Part shown: piece by piece, positions 54,665-64,000 of the stretch
Layout of the letters: each line of letters opens with the position of its first letter
Position numbering within the stretch: position 1 is the stretch's first letter
Source: Epiperipatus broadwayi
Lineage: Eukaryota > Animalia > Onychophora
NCBI GenBank assembly: GCA_028023455.1
Contig: JAQFVV010000001.1
Coordinates: 6,944,001-7,008,000, forward strand
DNA length: 64,000 nt
Direction: 5' to 3'
Made by a program: the position numbers and the translations under genes
The notes under the pieces: model-generated
Told to the model about the DNA's origin: nothing
The model's database searches: none
What the model saw: only the letters and a program-made list of their open reading frames with translations

Positions 54665-56674
54665 ATTTGTAAAATATTAAAGATTACAGAAATAAACCAC
54701 CGCAAATGCTTCGTTTTGAAAATCAAATTTTTAGCTTATAAACAAAATATAAATATTGATTTACAGCAAACTTCGTATGTTAATAGAACTGGCCTTACCC
54801 CACCTGATAGGATAGCAAGGGTTCTATCCCTTGGACCTAGATTTGTAGGAGGACAATGGAAACAACCCAAATTAGAGCTAATCGCTGATGTCGAAGCAAA
54901 TTTAATTAATAACCCGCATAGAGATAGCATTATAACAAATATAGCTAAATCTATTAAACAAAAACAGTTACATATAAAAGATAATAGCTGGAATAGCGAC
55001 ATCAAAATTACGAAACAGTTTCTTGATCGCAATAATTTAATTTGCCTTAAAGAAGATAAGGGCAATAGATTTGTGCTTTTAAATTCTCAGGATTATAAGA
55101 GGAAAATAAATGAACAAATTACAAATCTACAACTCACTCCTGTTGCACAATTCAACAATAAGCTTAACCGCGATAAATTTGTTTCATCCATTCTCCGTCC
55201 TCATAAAAACAAAGGCATTTCAATTGCGGAATACTACCGAGTTTATCCTTCCTCCACTAAAGCTCCAAGAATATTTGCCAACATTAAACTCCATAAGCCT
55301 GGTGAACCGCTGCATTTAATGATGGATTTTGGGGGAGTCCATTATTTTCAAACCGCGAAAATGGTTAATCAACTATTAATAGACAGCTTGGGCTTTGGAA
55401 ATTATTCTGTTAATTCGTCCTTTCAAGTTGTGGAAAAAATCAAAAAAGCCACGATCGAGAACAACTTCTATATGACTACCCTTGACGTCAAAGAATTATA
55501 CGGATCGGTGGACAGAAAACAATCTATTCAAATCATCCAACAAGAACTTACCAACACGATGTCAGCTGAACGCATTAATTTCATCGTTACATTTTTAACA
55601 TGGATGGATAAACATATATATACAACATTTGAGCACGTTTGGTACAATATGAAAAGTGGTTGGCCTATGGGCCTCCCCCTCAGTGGAATCGTAACCAGCA
55701 TTTTCCTTAATCACTACGAAAGACTAATCGTGTCCAAATATCAAGCTGACAGCCCTCACACTATATACATGCGGTACGTAGATGATATATTTATTTTAGC
55801 CAACCAGCACACTATAAATAGTATTACACAAGAGTTAACACATAATACTAATCTAACTATCAATTCCACAGCAGAAGACGCATTCCAAAGTCTAAATTAC
55901 CTTGACCTTAGGTTAACACGCGATGAGAGAGGTATAAATTATTCAATGATAATAAAGCCCTTTGAAATCAGAGGCTTTATACACCCACACTCCAACTCTC
56001 CAAGCTCTCACAAATTGGCAGGCCTGCAAGCATTTTTATATAGAAATATGCAGCTGTGCAAGTTTGAGGCAGATAGAAAGAATAATATACATCTTTACAC
56101 CAAAGACCTACTACAAGCAGGCTATAAACTCAACACTATTAACAATAAAATCAAACAATTTTATAGGAAAATCACTGACAATAAAAACAATATTAAACTT
56201 CCATATATTACTCTTCCCCACATACCTAAAATCTCCTATCAATTAATCAAGGTTTTGTCTAATAAATTTAAAATTAGCTTTCATACACCCCCATGCACTA
56301 ATCGTCTAATCAATAACTCTAAGGACAAAATTGAACCTTCTCAGACTCCCCATGTCGTTTACAGCATATCTTGCCCACAACCTGGTTGCCGGGCCATTTA
56401 TTTTGGAGAAACCAAGGCAGGCATAATCAACAGGACAGCACAACACAGATATACATATAATAGAGCTATGAAAAACAATGATAATTCATCAACATTTTTA
56501 GAGCATTCCAAGAAGACAGGACATTTGTTTGAACCCTCCAGCCCTAAAATAGTCTGTATTGAGAAAAATGACATCAAGCGGAAAATCAGAGAAGCATATT
56601 TTATTAATGGCAATAATAACTCCATCAATAGACGAGATACCTGCTTTGACATCTCCAAACGTTGGACTATCTAG
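54647..56674 (+). CDS. Penelope RT-GIY-YIG polyprotein, 5'-truncated open frame
   Basis: LDVKELY, GWPMGLPLS and YMRYVDDIF (RT); VVYSISC..CRAIYFGET..R..QH..REAYFI..N..INR (GIY-YIG). Lacks the first 98 aa; the first 12 codons are junction read-through starting at TTG. Confidence 0.9.
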   Translation: MLIKIHICKILKITEINHRKCFVLKIKFLAYKQNINIDLQQTSYVNRTGLTPPDRIARVLSLGPRFVGGQWKQPKLELIADVEANLINNPHRDSIITNIAKSIKQKQLHIKDNSWNSDIKITKQFLDRNNLICLKEDKGNRFVLLNSQDYKRKINEQITNLQLTPVAQFNNKLNRDKFVSSILRPHKNKGISIAEYYRVYPSSTKAPRIFANIKLHKPGEPLHLMMDFGGVHYFQTAKMVNQLLIDSLGFGNYSVNSSFQVVEKIKKATIENNFYMTTLDVKELYGSVDRKQSIQIIQQELTNTMSAERINFIVTFLTWMDKHIYTTFEHVWYNMKSGWPMGLPLSGIVTSIFLNHYERLIVSKYQADSPHTIYMRYVDDIFILANQHTINSITQELTHNTNLTINSTAEDAFQSLNYLDLRLTRDERGINYSMIIKPFEIRGFIHPHSNSPSSHKLAGLQAFLYRNMQLCKFEADRKNNIHLYTKDLLQAGYKLNTINNKIKQFYRKITDNKNNIKLPYITLPHIPKISYQLIKVLSNKFKISFHTPPCTNRLINNSKDKIEPSQTPHVVYSISCPQPGCRAIYFGETKAGIINRTAQHRYTYNRAMKNNDNSSTFLEHSKKTGHLFEPSSPKIVCIEKNDIKRKIREAYFINGNNNSINRRDTCFDISKRWTI

Positions 56675-56741
56675 TTCATTTGCATACGCTTTGCATACTG
56701 TTTTGTTTCCTTGCCCTATTTCTTCATTCTGCAGCTCACAG

Positions 56742-56789
56742 TACCGCTATGAATATGAGGCAAAAGGCCTCGAAAGCGCTTAGCTTGTA
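56742..56789 (+). ncRNA. Candidate variant hammerhead (A3-U8, extra U) in the Penelope 3' UTR
   Basis: UAC c GCU AUGAAUA u GAGGC aaaag GCCUC GAAA GCGC UU AGC uu GUA; palindromic AGCGCU stem III, CUU cleavage triplet. Confidence 0.55.
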
Positions 56790-57261
56790 ATAATTTCTGT
56801 GTATCTTTATAGCTTCTCATTCAAGTGTGTCATACGCTTTGTTAATTTTTGTATATTAAATTATCGAATGAGAAGTCTTAAAATCTTTAATATTTTACAA
56901 TTATATTAAAAAGTAATCCACAATTTATAAATACTTAACAGAGCTAACTATTCAATGGGATAAAAAATTGATGATGTTTATTCCATTAGTAATCAATAAT
57001 TGTTTTCTGTAGATTCTTTGGTATCATTTCCAATCGTTTATTTGCAGCTCACATTCATTAATATAAGTTTTAAAATCTTAATACGCATGGCACCTACCTG
57101 ATCCTCACTTCAATCGGAAACTACACTCACAATATGTTTTAGTTGCATAATTACGATGTGTGAAATTTTGTTTCTTACATTTTCAAGTGTCGATTATGAC
57201 AGCAAACTTGTGACTGTTTTGAAATGTATTTTTATATCAAACTGTAATTTAATTACTCATA

Positions 57262-58372
57262 ATGGCAGAATTATCTTCAAAATATAAACCAAAAATATCT
57301 GAAAAATATAGTTTCAAGACAATTAGGAAAAAGAATATTTTGTTGCATAAAGTAAACACGATTCAGAAATTTGTTTGATTTGTCACAAAAATGTTATATT
57401 AAAAAATATAACACTGTTTGACATTATACTATGAAACACAAATGATTTAAGAATTCTTTTCCTTGCAATTTAATAAGATGTGAAAATGGACAGTCAATAG
57501 TGCCAAAATAAAGACAAAACTTTCCATATAGTAGCGCCACCCACTGCAAACCAGAGTAATCAATGGATGCTAGAAGCTTGTGTAAGCGTAGGAAATGATG
57601 ATCATGTGAAATTATAGTGTTGTTCTTTTATATATCTTGGGGTGAAAGCTTGTTTTTTTTTCTTTATGGCAAGAAATTATTTTATTTTACAACAAAATAA
57701 TAAAGTTTACATCAAACTTGAAAATTATGATGGTGATAGCTTTTAACCTGAGACATCACATAAAAACTTGATGAGTTCAATCATAATTTACAAGCCGAAA
57801 ATAAAATTATTTCACATATGGCAAATAAAGTTTTTATTCTTTCAAAAAAACTAAACATCTATTACAAGGAAATACAACACCAAATAATGCTTAATTTTCC
57901 AACCCTAATAAAAGCTAAAGAAGATGGTAGTAACATTTCATCAGAAAACTACATGATTATTTCAAACTATTTAGCTATGTTATACAAGGAATTTAAGAAC
58001 ACATTTCAGGATTTAAGAAATATTAAGAATTGTATGTTGCTTATAGAAAATCCCTGGTATTTAGAAACAACTGCATTGGGATATGATTATGCAAAGTTAT
58101 TTGATAAATTCATTAAACTCAAAAACAAAAAAAATCTGGAGATTATTTTTAAAGAAAAGTGAAAGGGAATGGAGTATGCCAAATTGTGAAAATTAGTGCC
58201 TAAAAAATACAAGATTATACAAAAGTGTGTTCAAATGCTGCTCACATTATTCACATTAACTTATCATTGTGAAAGCATCCTATTCTAAAATGACATATGT
58301 GAAGAACATAGATAGAAATCAGTTTACTGATTCTTACCTTCATGACATATTAAGAGTAGCATGCAATAATTG
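57262..58372 (+). mobile_element. Degenerate, internally deleted hAT (Charlie/GTF2IRD2-like) transposase
   Basis: N-terminal ICLICH..HY..KH zinc-finger-like piece; ORF 57818-58162 LNFPTL...EFKNTFQDL...IENPW; then TYHCES...RNQFTD..LHDILRVA (hATC-like). Confidence 0.75.
57553..57609. repeat. Small family-1 remnant inside the hAT relic
   Basis: agagtaatcaatggatgctagaagcttgtg (family-1 forward) plus gaaatgatgatcatgtga (family-1 inverse). Confidence 0.6.
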
Positions 58373-58971
58373 AAAAACTAATTTATCTAATGAGATATAG
58401 TGTACTACATTATGTATGTGGACTAAAGAGAAAAAAGGTTGAGTACAGTTGCTAATATAGTCTTATGGATATTTAGCGCAATACATATGTTGACTTGTAG
58501 TAGGGCCACCATAATCTTCATAGATGATTTGAGTAGTGTTTAATAGCCATTAGTAATCTTATTTATAACATTTGTAATTATTTTCTTGGTTTTCAGCATT
58601 CATCATGATGGTCTTCAGCAGTATTAAAAGCAGTTCTGTCAATAGAACATGTGTTCTACTTTTATAATAGAGCATTTAAACAAAACTGTAACTTCAGATC
58701 AACTAGTTCTACTTTTTGATTTCTTGTATAACTTCATTAATTGATCCTTTCCATCCATGTTATTCTGTTTTACAATTTTCTTTTACTTTTTTGTTTACTT
58801 TCATCATAGAAATAATCTTCAAAATTCCTCCAATCTAATTTAAGCACTATTATTAAAGCTGTTTATTAATTCAATTTATATTTTCAATATGTAAATAATT
58901 CTCAACATACTTTTTTTTTTTACAAACTTTGTTTTAATTCAATGTAAATAATACATATAACTTGTATAATG

Positions 58972-59324
58972 AATTTATTAACAATAAAGTACAAATACAA
59001 GTTTAATTTAGATAAATTTGAAGTTAAAGTAACTGGAGAAAAAATAAATAGATTTTGAAAATGACCACAGGATATGGTCAAAATGTAAGTGGAGATATAT
59101 GTATGGACATAGAAAATTAATATATTAGCCTTTTTATTTTTAAATTATTAACTAAGATTAATAAACAAGCAAGCTTGTTTAATAATTTAAAAATAAAAAG
59201 GCTATCTCCACTTATGTTTTGACCACATTCTGTGGTCATTTTCAAAATCTATTTATTTATTTTTTCAAGCTACTTTAGCTTCAAATTTATCTACATTAAA
59301 CTTGTACTTTATTGTTAATAAATT
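58972..59324. repeat. Foldback/MITE-like inverted repeat
   Basis: Terminal aatttattaacaataaagtaca / tgtactttattgttaataaatt with extensive internal complementarity; no TSD found. Confidence 0.8.
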
Positions 59325-59703
59325 ACTACCCAAAAACAACATATGTTAGATAATTAAATAATAATTATAAAACTAATTTATCTAAAATAGTCAAAAATTA
59401 AACAATAATTGTTTAAGATTTAAGCTTTTATGGGCAAATTAATAAATAATCTATTAGGGACTTGTATGTTTTCAAACATACAAGATAAAAACTCCTAAAA
59501 CTTAAAATTTACAGATGTACAATTTATAAAAAAAAAAAAAAGAATAAAGCCAAATGTACAAGTGTATATATAACAAACTATAAAAGCAATATGTATTAAA
59601 ATATATATCTCTCATAATAAATTATTATTTAAAAAATTATTTTAAATAAAATGTATTTATCCATGTAACAGCCATTTCAGTAATGAGTAGAATATTTACT
59701 TAC

Positions 59704-59810
59704 CCAATTTTAAGAACTCTATTGGCTTCTACTAAATAATCGATAAAATTTGTTCCCATCAAAGATATACAAAAAACAGCTATATCAACACTTTTATTTT
59801 GTAAAGGAAC
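59704..59810 (-). CDS. RRP8: RRP8 coding exon (methyltransferase core)
   Basis: T-rich acceptor ...gagttag| and donor |gtaagt on -; [35 protein letters not shown](G), matching RRP8 [21 protein letters not shown]...EANRVLK. No further upstream exon was found in the window. Confidence 0.94.
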
Positions 59811-60605
59811 CTAACTCAACAAAAAAAAAAAAAAAAAACAATTAATAGTAACAATGATCTAATAACAGACAAGAAACTAAATTTATCATTGATTAATAGT
59901 TATAACTGCTGTAAAATAATTGTAAATGATATTAATAACAAGGATAGTGCTTTATAAAGAATTTCAAAAATGTGATGCAATAATTGTTAACAGCTGCTGA
60001 AAAGCAGTAGCAAATTATTCAGGTGTGTTTCACCAAGAAATTACTTGGAGTCATATAACTATCCAATAGATCACATAAAAGGAATACAATCTAAATTTTA
60101 AAAAAAAACAATTACAAAATTATGATATATAAAAATAAGAATCACAACTTTCCTTACAGCTTATGTTTGATTTTAATTCACGATATTACGAAATATTTCT
60201 ACAATTCTTTTTTAAAAAATCACCTCCAATTGAAAATTTTTTTTCTGAAAAATTTAGAAATTATAATGATTATTATTACATATACTATAAAAACTATGCT
60301 TTGAAAAGATTTGTAAATTGATTTATTCAACAGTCTAATTAATTTTCCATAAATCAATGTTAAGTCAATATAAAATTTTTGTATAATTTTGAATTATATA
60401 TATTAGCAAATTTTATTCAAGTTCTATATTTTAGAAATGTTCTCATGTTATAATTTTTATAATGCTGTTTTATATGAGTGAATGCTATTCTAATAACACA
60501 TATTAGCATTTCTAATTGTACTATATATATATTAGAAAAATTTCACGTACTTTATACATGTAACTATTGAAAGATTAATGAGATCTTCCATATATTTTTT
60601 TAATA

Positions 60606-60813
60606 AGAGCTCGTCTATGATGTAACTAAGAAAGCAACCAATTAAAGATTGGATCAGAAATTGAAACATGCCATCCAGTGATAATATATATACTTTTTCA
60701 TACTTGGGTTATAGACAAATAAATAAAAATAAAGTTGTTGCTGGACAATGTGCTTTCACTTCCCAATTAGTTTTTAATTGGGTTCTTGCTTAGTTACATC
60801 ATGGTTGAGCTCT
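60606..60813. repeat. Foldback/MITE-like inverted repeat
   Basis: agagctc..tgatgtaactaag..ccaattaaa / tttaattgg..cttagttacatca..gagctct. Confidence 0.7.
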
Positions 60814-63298
60814 AATTAAAATATACACAAAAGATATCATTAAACTTTCAATGTTTATGTATATATATATTAGATATACTTAAAACTTTCACTCCACTAC
60901 ATAGTCTTGAAATATATAGACATCTAAAAAAGACAAATAATATCTCTCAACAAGATGCATTTCATGATGTACCAATATTCTTCAGTTGACTCAGATCACA
61001 ATCTCTCATTCTTATTCATTATTTGTTCAGTATTTATCAATACCAAATCATTATAATTTAATTTTCAAGTGTCACACTAACCACTTCAAATAAATACATT
61101 ACTGATTATTGTTAATCATTTATTAAATTATAAATTAACCCTAGTTCAGATATAAACTTTAAACCTGTTAAAATAATAGCTGCTTTAAAAAATTATTCTC
61201 AAAGAAACCTGATGTTTCTTCTTTAGAAGCATCTATTATTAGCGCTAAATTTCCAAAGCTGTTAAACAATAAAATTATCACTTCGACTTTCAGGTTTTCA
61301 TGTTACTGAGGTATGGAATTCTCTTAAGAAATGTTGCAGATGCAATTAAGCTTATTCTTATGTTCATTAAAAAGAATCATGGCCGACTCTCTAATAATAT
61401 TATTATTGGTGAATTGATTAAAGAAAATTTAGGCATTTTCTGCTTGGAAGAATAATAATTTGAAGGTGGAGCTTCATAATCAGTATATAGATTTAAAATA
61501 AAAGTTTATTGATTGACAAAAAATTTAAATATTATTGGTAGAGTAAAATTGCAAAGGAGATATACTAACTGATTCTAATGACTAAATCTTTTTCCAAAGC
61601 ATAACAATTATCATAATCCTATTAAATTCATCAATGGCCCTCTCATACACTGATAATGATATTTTGGATAGGTGGAATAAATATTTTGATCATCTTTTGA
61701 AATGACAACTTTTAATGGTATATTTATTTTTTTTACTCATTTAGCTCTGTACAAAGATAATGTGTAGAGTGAAGTTAGGTCTTTATGAACTTAAAAAGTC
61801 TGCATTAATGAGATACTTGAAAAAGTTTTAAAATATATTAGTGAAATATTAGTTTCAAAAATATTAAGATTTTTTAGGGATATGCGAACTTTATGAAATT
61901 GTGCTGTCTATTGTTTCAATTTTTAAAAATAAAGATGATAGATAAGGTTGCAACAATGATCATGGTAAATCATTGTTATTCATTATAGCAAAAGTATTTT
62001 CAAGAATTTTTTTGAATAGATTGCTTTTACTCATAAAAGAATTGTTGCCAAAGACTCAATATGGTTTAGAGGCAAATGCAAAAAAAGTTTTTGGAATAAA
62101 GGAGTGATTTATAAATAACTTTTATTAATTTAATCAAAATATTTGATTCAATTAATTGAATAGGTCTATGGCACTGTTTGAAATTAGTTGGCTATCTACC
62201 AAAGTTTATTTATATTATGCCGATTTTACATTAGGTGGAGACATTTGAAATGAAAAGTGCTAAACAAAAATATGTACTACCTTTTGCTTTTATTTCAATA
62301 ATCTTTGGAATTGTTTTAACCAGCTTCATAAATCAGAGATCAACATGTAATACAAGTCTGATATGAAACATTTAATGTGAATTGTTTAAAAACAACAATA
62401 TTTTCTAGCTTTTGGATTTATAATGTGCTAATGATTGGGTTTATCTTTATTAATTCAAAAAATGATCTACAGAATTTAAATGTTTCGAGCATCTAAAGAT
62501 TTTGGTAAACTCAAGATCTTTATCAACCAGTGATGAAAGAAAAATTTTAGTTTGGATAATTTGAACATATGAGCTAAGTTAAATATCTTAGTAATTTTTT
62601 TAAATAGAAATGTGAACATAGATATTGAAATGCAGCACAGACTCCAATATGCTACTGCTTTTAACATATCAGATAGGGTATTAATTGCAGTGATATAACT
62701 ACTATATTTAAATTATTTGTATATATGTTTGTGTAGAGCTATTATTTTATCTTATTTATCGTATGTAAAATGTGGACCCCTTATTGATATAATATAAAGG
62801 CATAACAAAAATTATATTTAAGTATGCTTCATAAAAGTGAAAAAATTTGATGACCCTATAATAAGGCCAATCACTGTTCTTCTGCTTGCTGGATGTGATA
62901 TACTTTAGATTCCATTATTATCAAACACAATGAATGAACAATACAAGATTATTTTATATTTAATATGAACAATATTGATGATTGCTTTCATTGGAAAAAT
63001 ATTGCTGAGGATAGAATGCAATGGAGATCAACTATTAAACATAATATTAATATCTTTCAAAAAAGAAGTTTGCTGAAAGAAAATTAAGTGATAGCACTGC
63101 AAAATATCAAATAAACAGAATAATAGTTAGCATATTCTGTATGTGAACATGTTTGCAATTCATAGATTTATATAGTCATTGCAAAATTAATTAGTAATTT
63201 ATTAAATTAGAAAGATCACAATTAGATTTTTGATGCTAATACATATATAATATTAAAAGTCTAAAACTAAACTAGTAAATAAAATAATTAAAATTACC

Positions 63299-63759
63299 CC
63301 AAATTCAAAATTAAACATGACTAGCCACAGAAAATAATCTCTATAACACATCCAATGGTTTTCTTGCTATAGCAGACTTCTCAAGTGCAAAGGACTAAAA
63401 CATATCAACAACCACATACCAACTATTTCCCACAATTCCCAATTACATCCAACACTCTCTTGATATTAAAAGAACTCTTAAGTTAACTGCTTCAGAATTA
63501 TAAATTTTTAATAATAAAGATTCCTTAATTCTTCTTTTGAAGAAGAATTAAAGAATTTTTACTATTAAAAATTTATGAAGAAGAATTAAGAAATCTTTAT
63601 TAAAAATGTATGATTCTGAACAAGGATGTGTGTGATGTAATTGGGAATTGTGGGAAATAGTATATATTTATTGATATGTTTTTAGCCCTTTGCACTTGAA
63701 AAGTTTGTGTTGTAGAATTTATTTTCTTTGAAAAAGCTAGGGTTTAATTTTGAATTTGG
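63299..63759. repeat. Foldback/MITE-like inverted repeat
   Basis: ccaaattcaaaattaaac / gtttaattttgaatttgg termini; internal ctatttcccacaattcccaattacatc has an exact inverse. Confidence 0.8.
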
Positions 63760-64000
63760 ACTAAATCACACTCCTCTCAGACTATGAATAAGTAATACTC
63801 TATTATGCATGAATAAAATGGATTCAAAGAGTGATATTTATTTATAGCCTGAGGGTAATGTGATTTATTCCATTAAATGCATATACATTAAGCTACGTTA
63901 ATTTAATGTTTGTAATATATATAATACACTCAATATATTGCACAATATTTTAATATGCATTCAATATAACTTCTATGTCAGAAACTTGAAATTAGCACTT

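Larger units (their letters stand above)
52207..56899. mobile_element. Penelope-like retroelement, head-to-head inverted dimer inserted as one event
   Basis: Minus copy ~52202-54685 and plus copy ~54683-56900, nearly identical; TSD ATTATATTAAAAA at 52194-52206 and 56900-56912. Confidence 0.95.

Noticed and set aside
52269-56783. Small overlapping and antisense ORFs within the Penelope dimer
   Set aside because: Alternate-frame by-products of the main ORF, mirrored by the inversion.
61200-62100. Possible L1/Tx1-like RT relic (GRLSNNIII.ELI)
   Set aside because: One weak motif in a heavily decayed region; not enough to call.

Overview
AT-rich, CpG-poor eukaryotic (probably invertebrate) genomic DNA. 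It holds two convergent, 5'-incomplete intron-rich genes: VAMP7 on + (7 coding exons, 1139-23395) and RRP8/nucleomethylin on - (3 coding exons, 28095-59810, with a ~31.3 kb intron). The introns are packed with transposon relics (RTE LINEs, Gypsy pol, hAT, Tc1/mariner, foldbacks). The most notable content is a set of hammerhead-ribozyme (HHR) retroelements. One is a young, near-intact Penelope-like element (RT + GIY-YIG) inserted as a head-to-head dimer. Three are non-coding families of 410-475 bp tandem units, each unit carrying a minimal type I HHR with a palindromic stem III. All four share one architecture: divergent inverted arms, 3' ends outward, and 13-15 bp AT-rich target-site duplications. 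The Penelope 3' UTR carries a candidate HHR with a compensatory A3-U8 core. Everything here was read by eye; no folding, alignment or database search was run, and the boundaries of degenerate relics are approximate.
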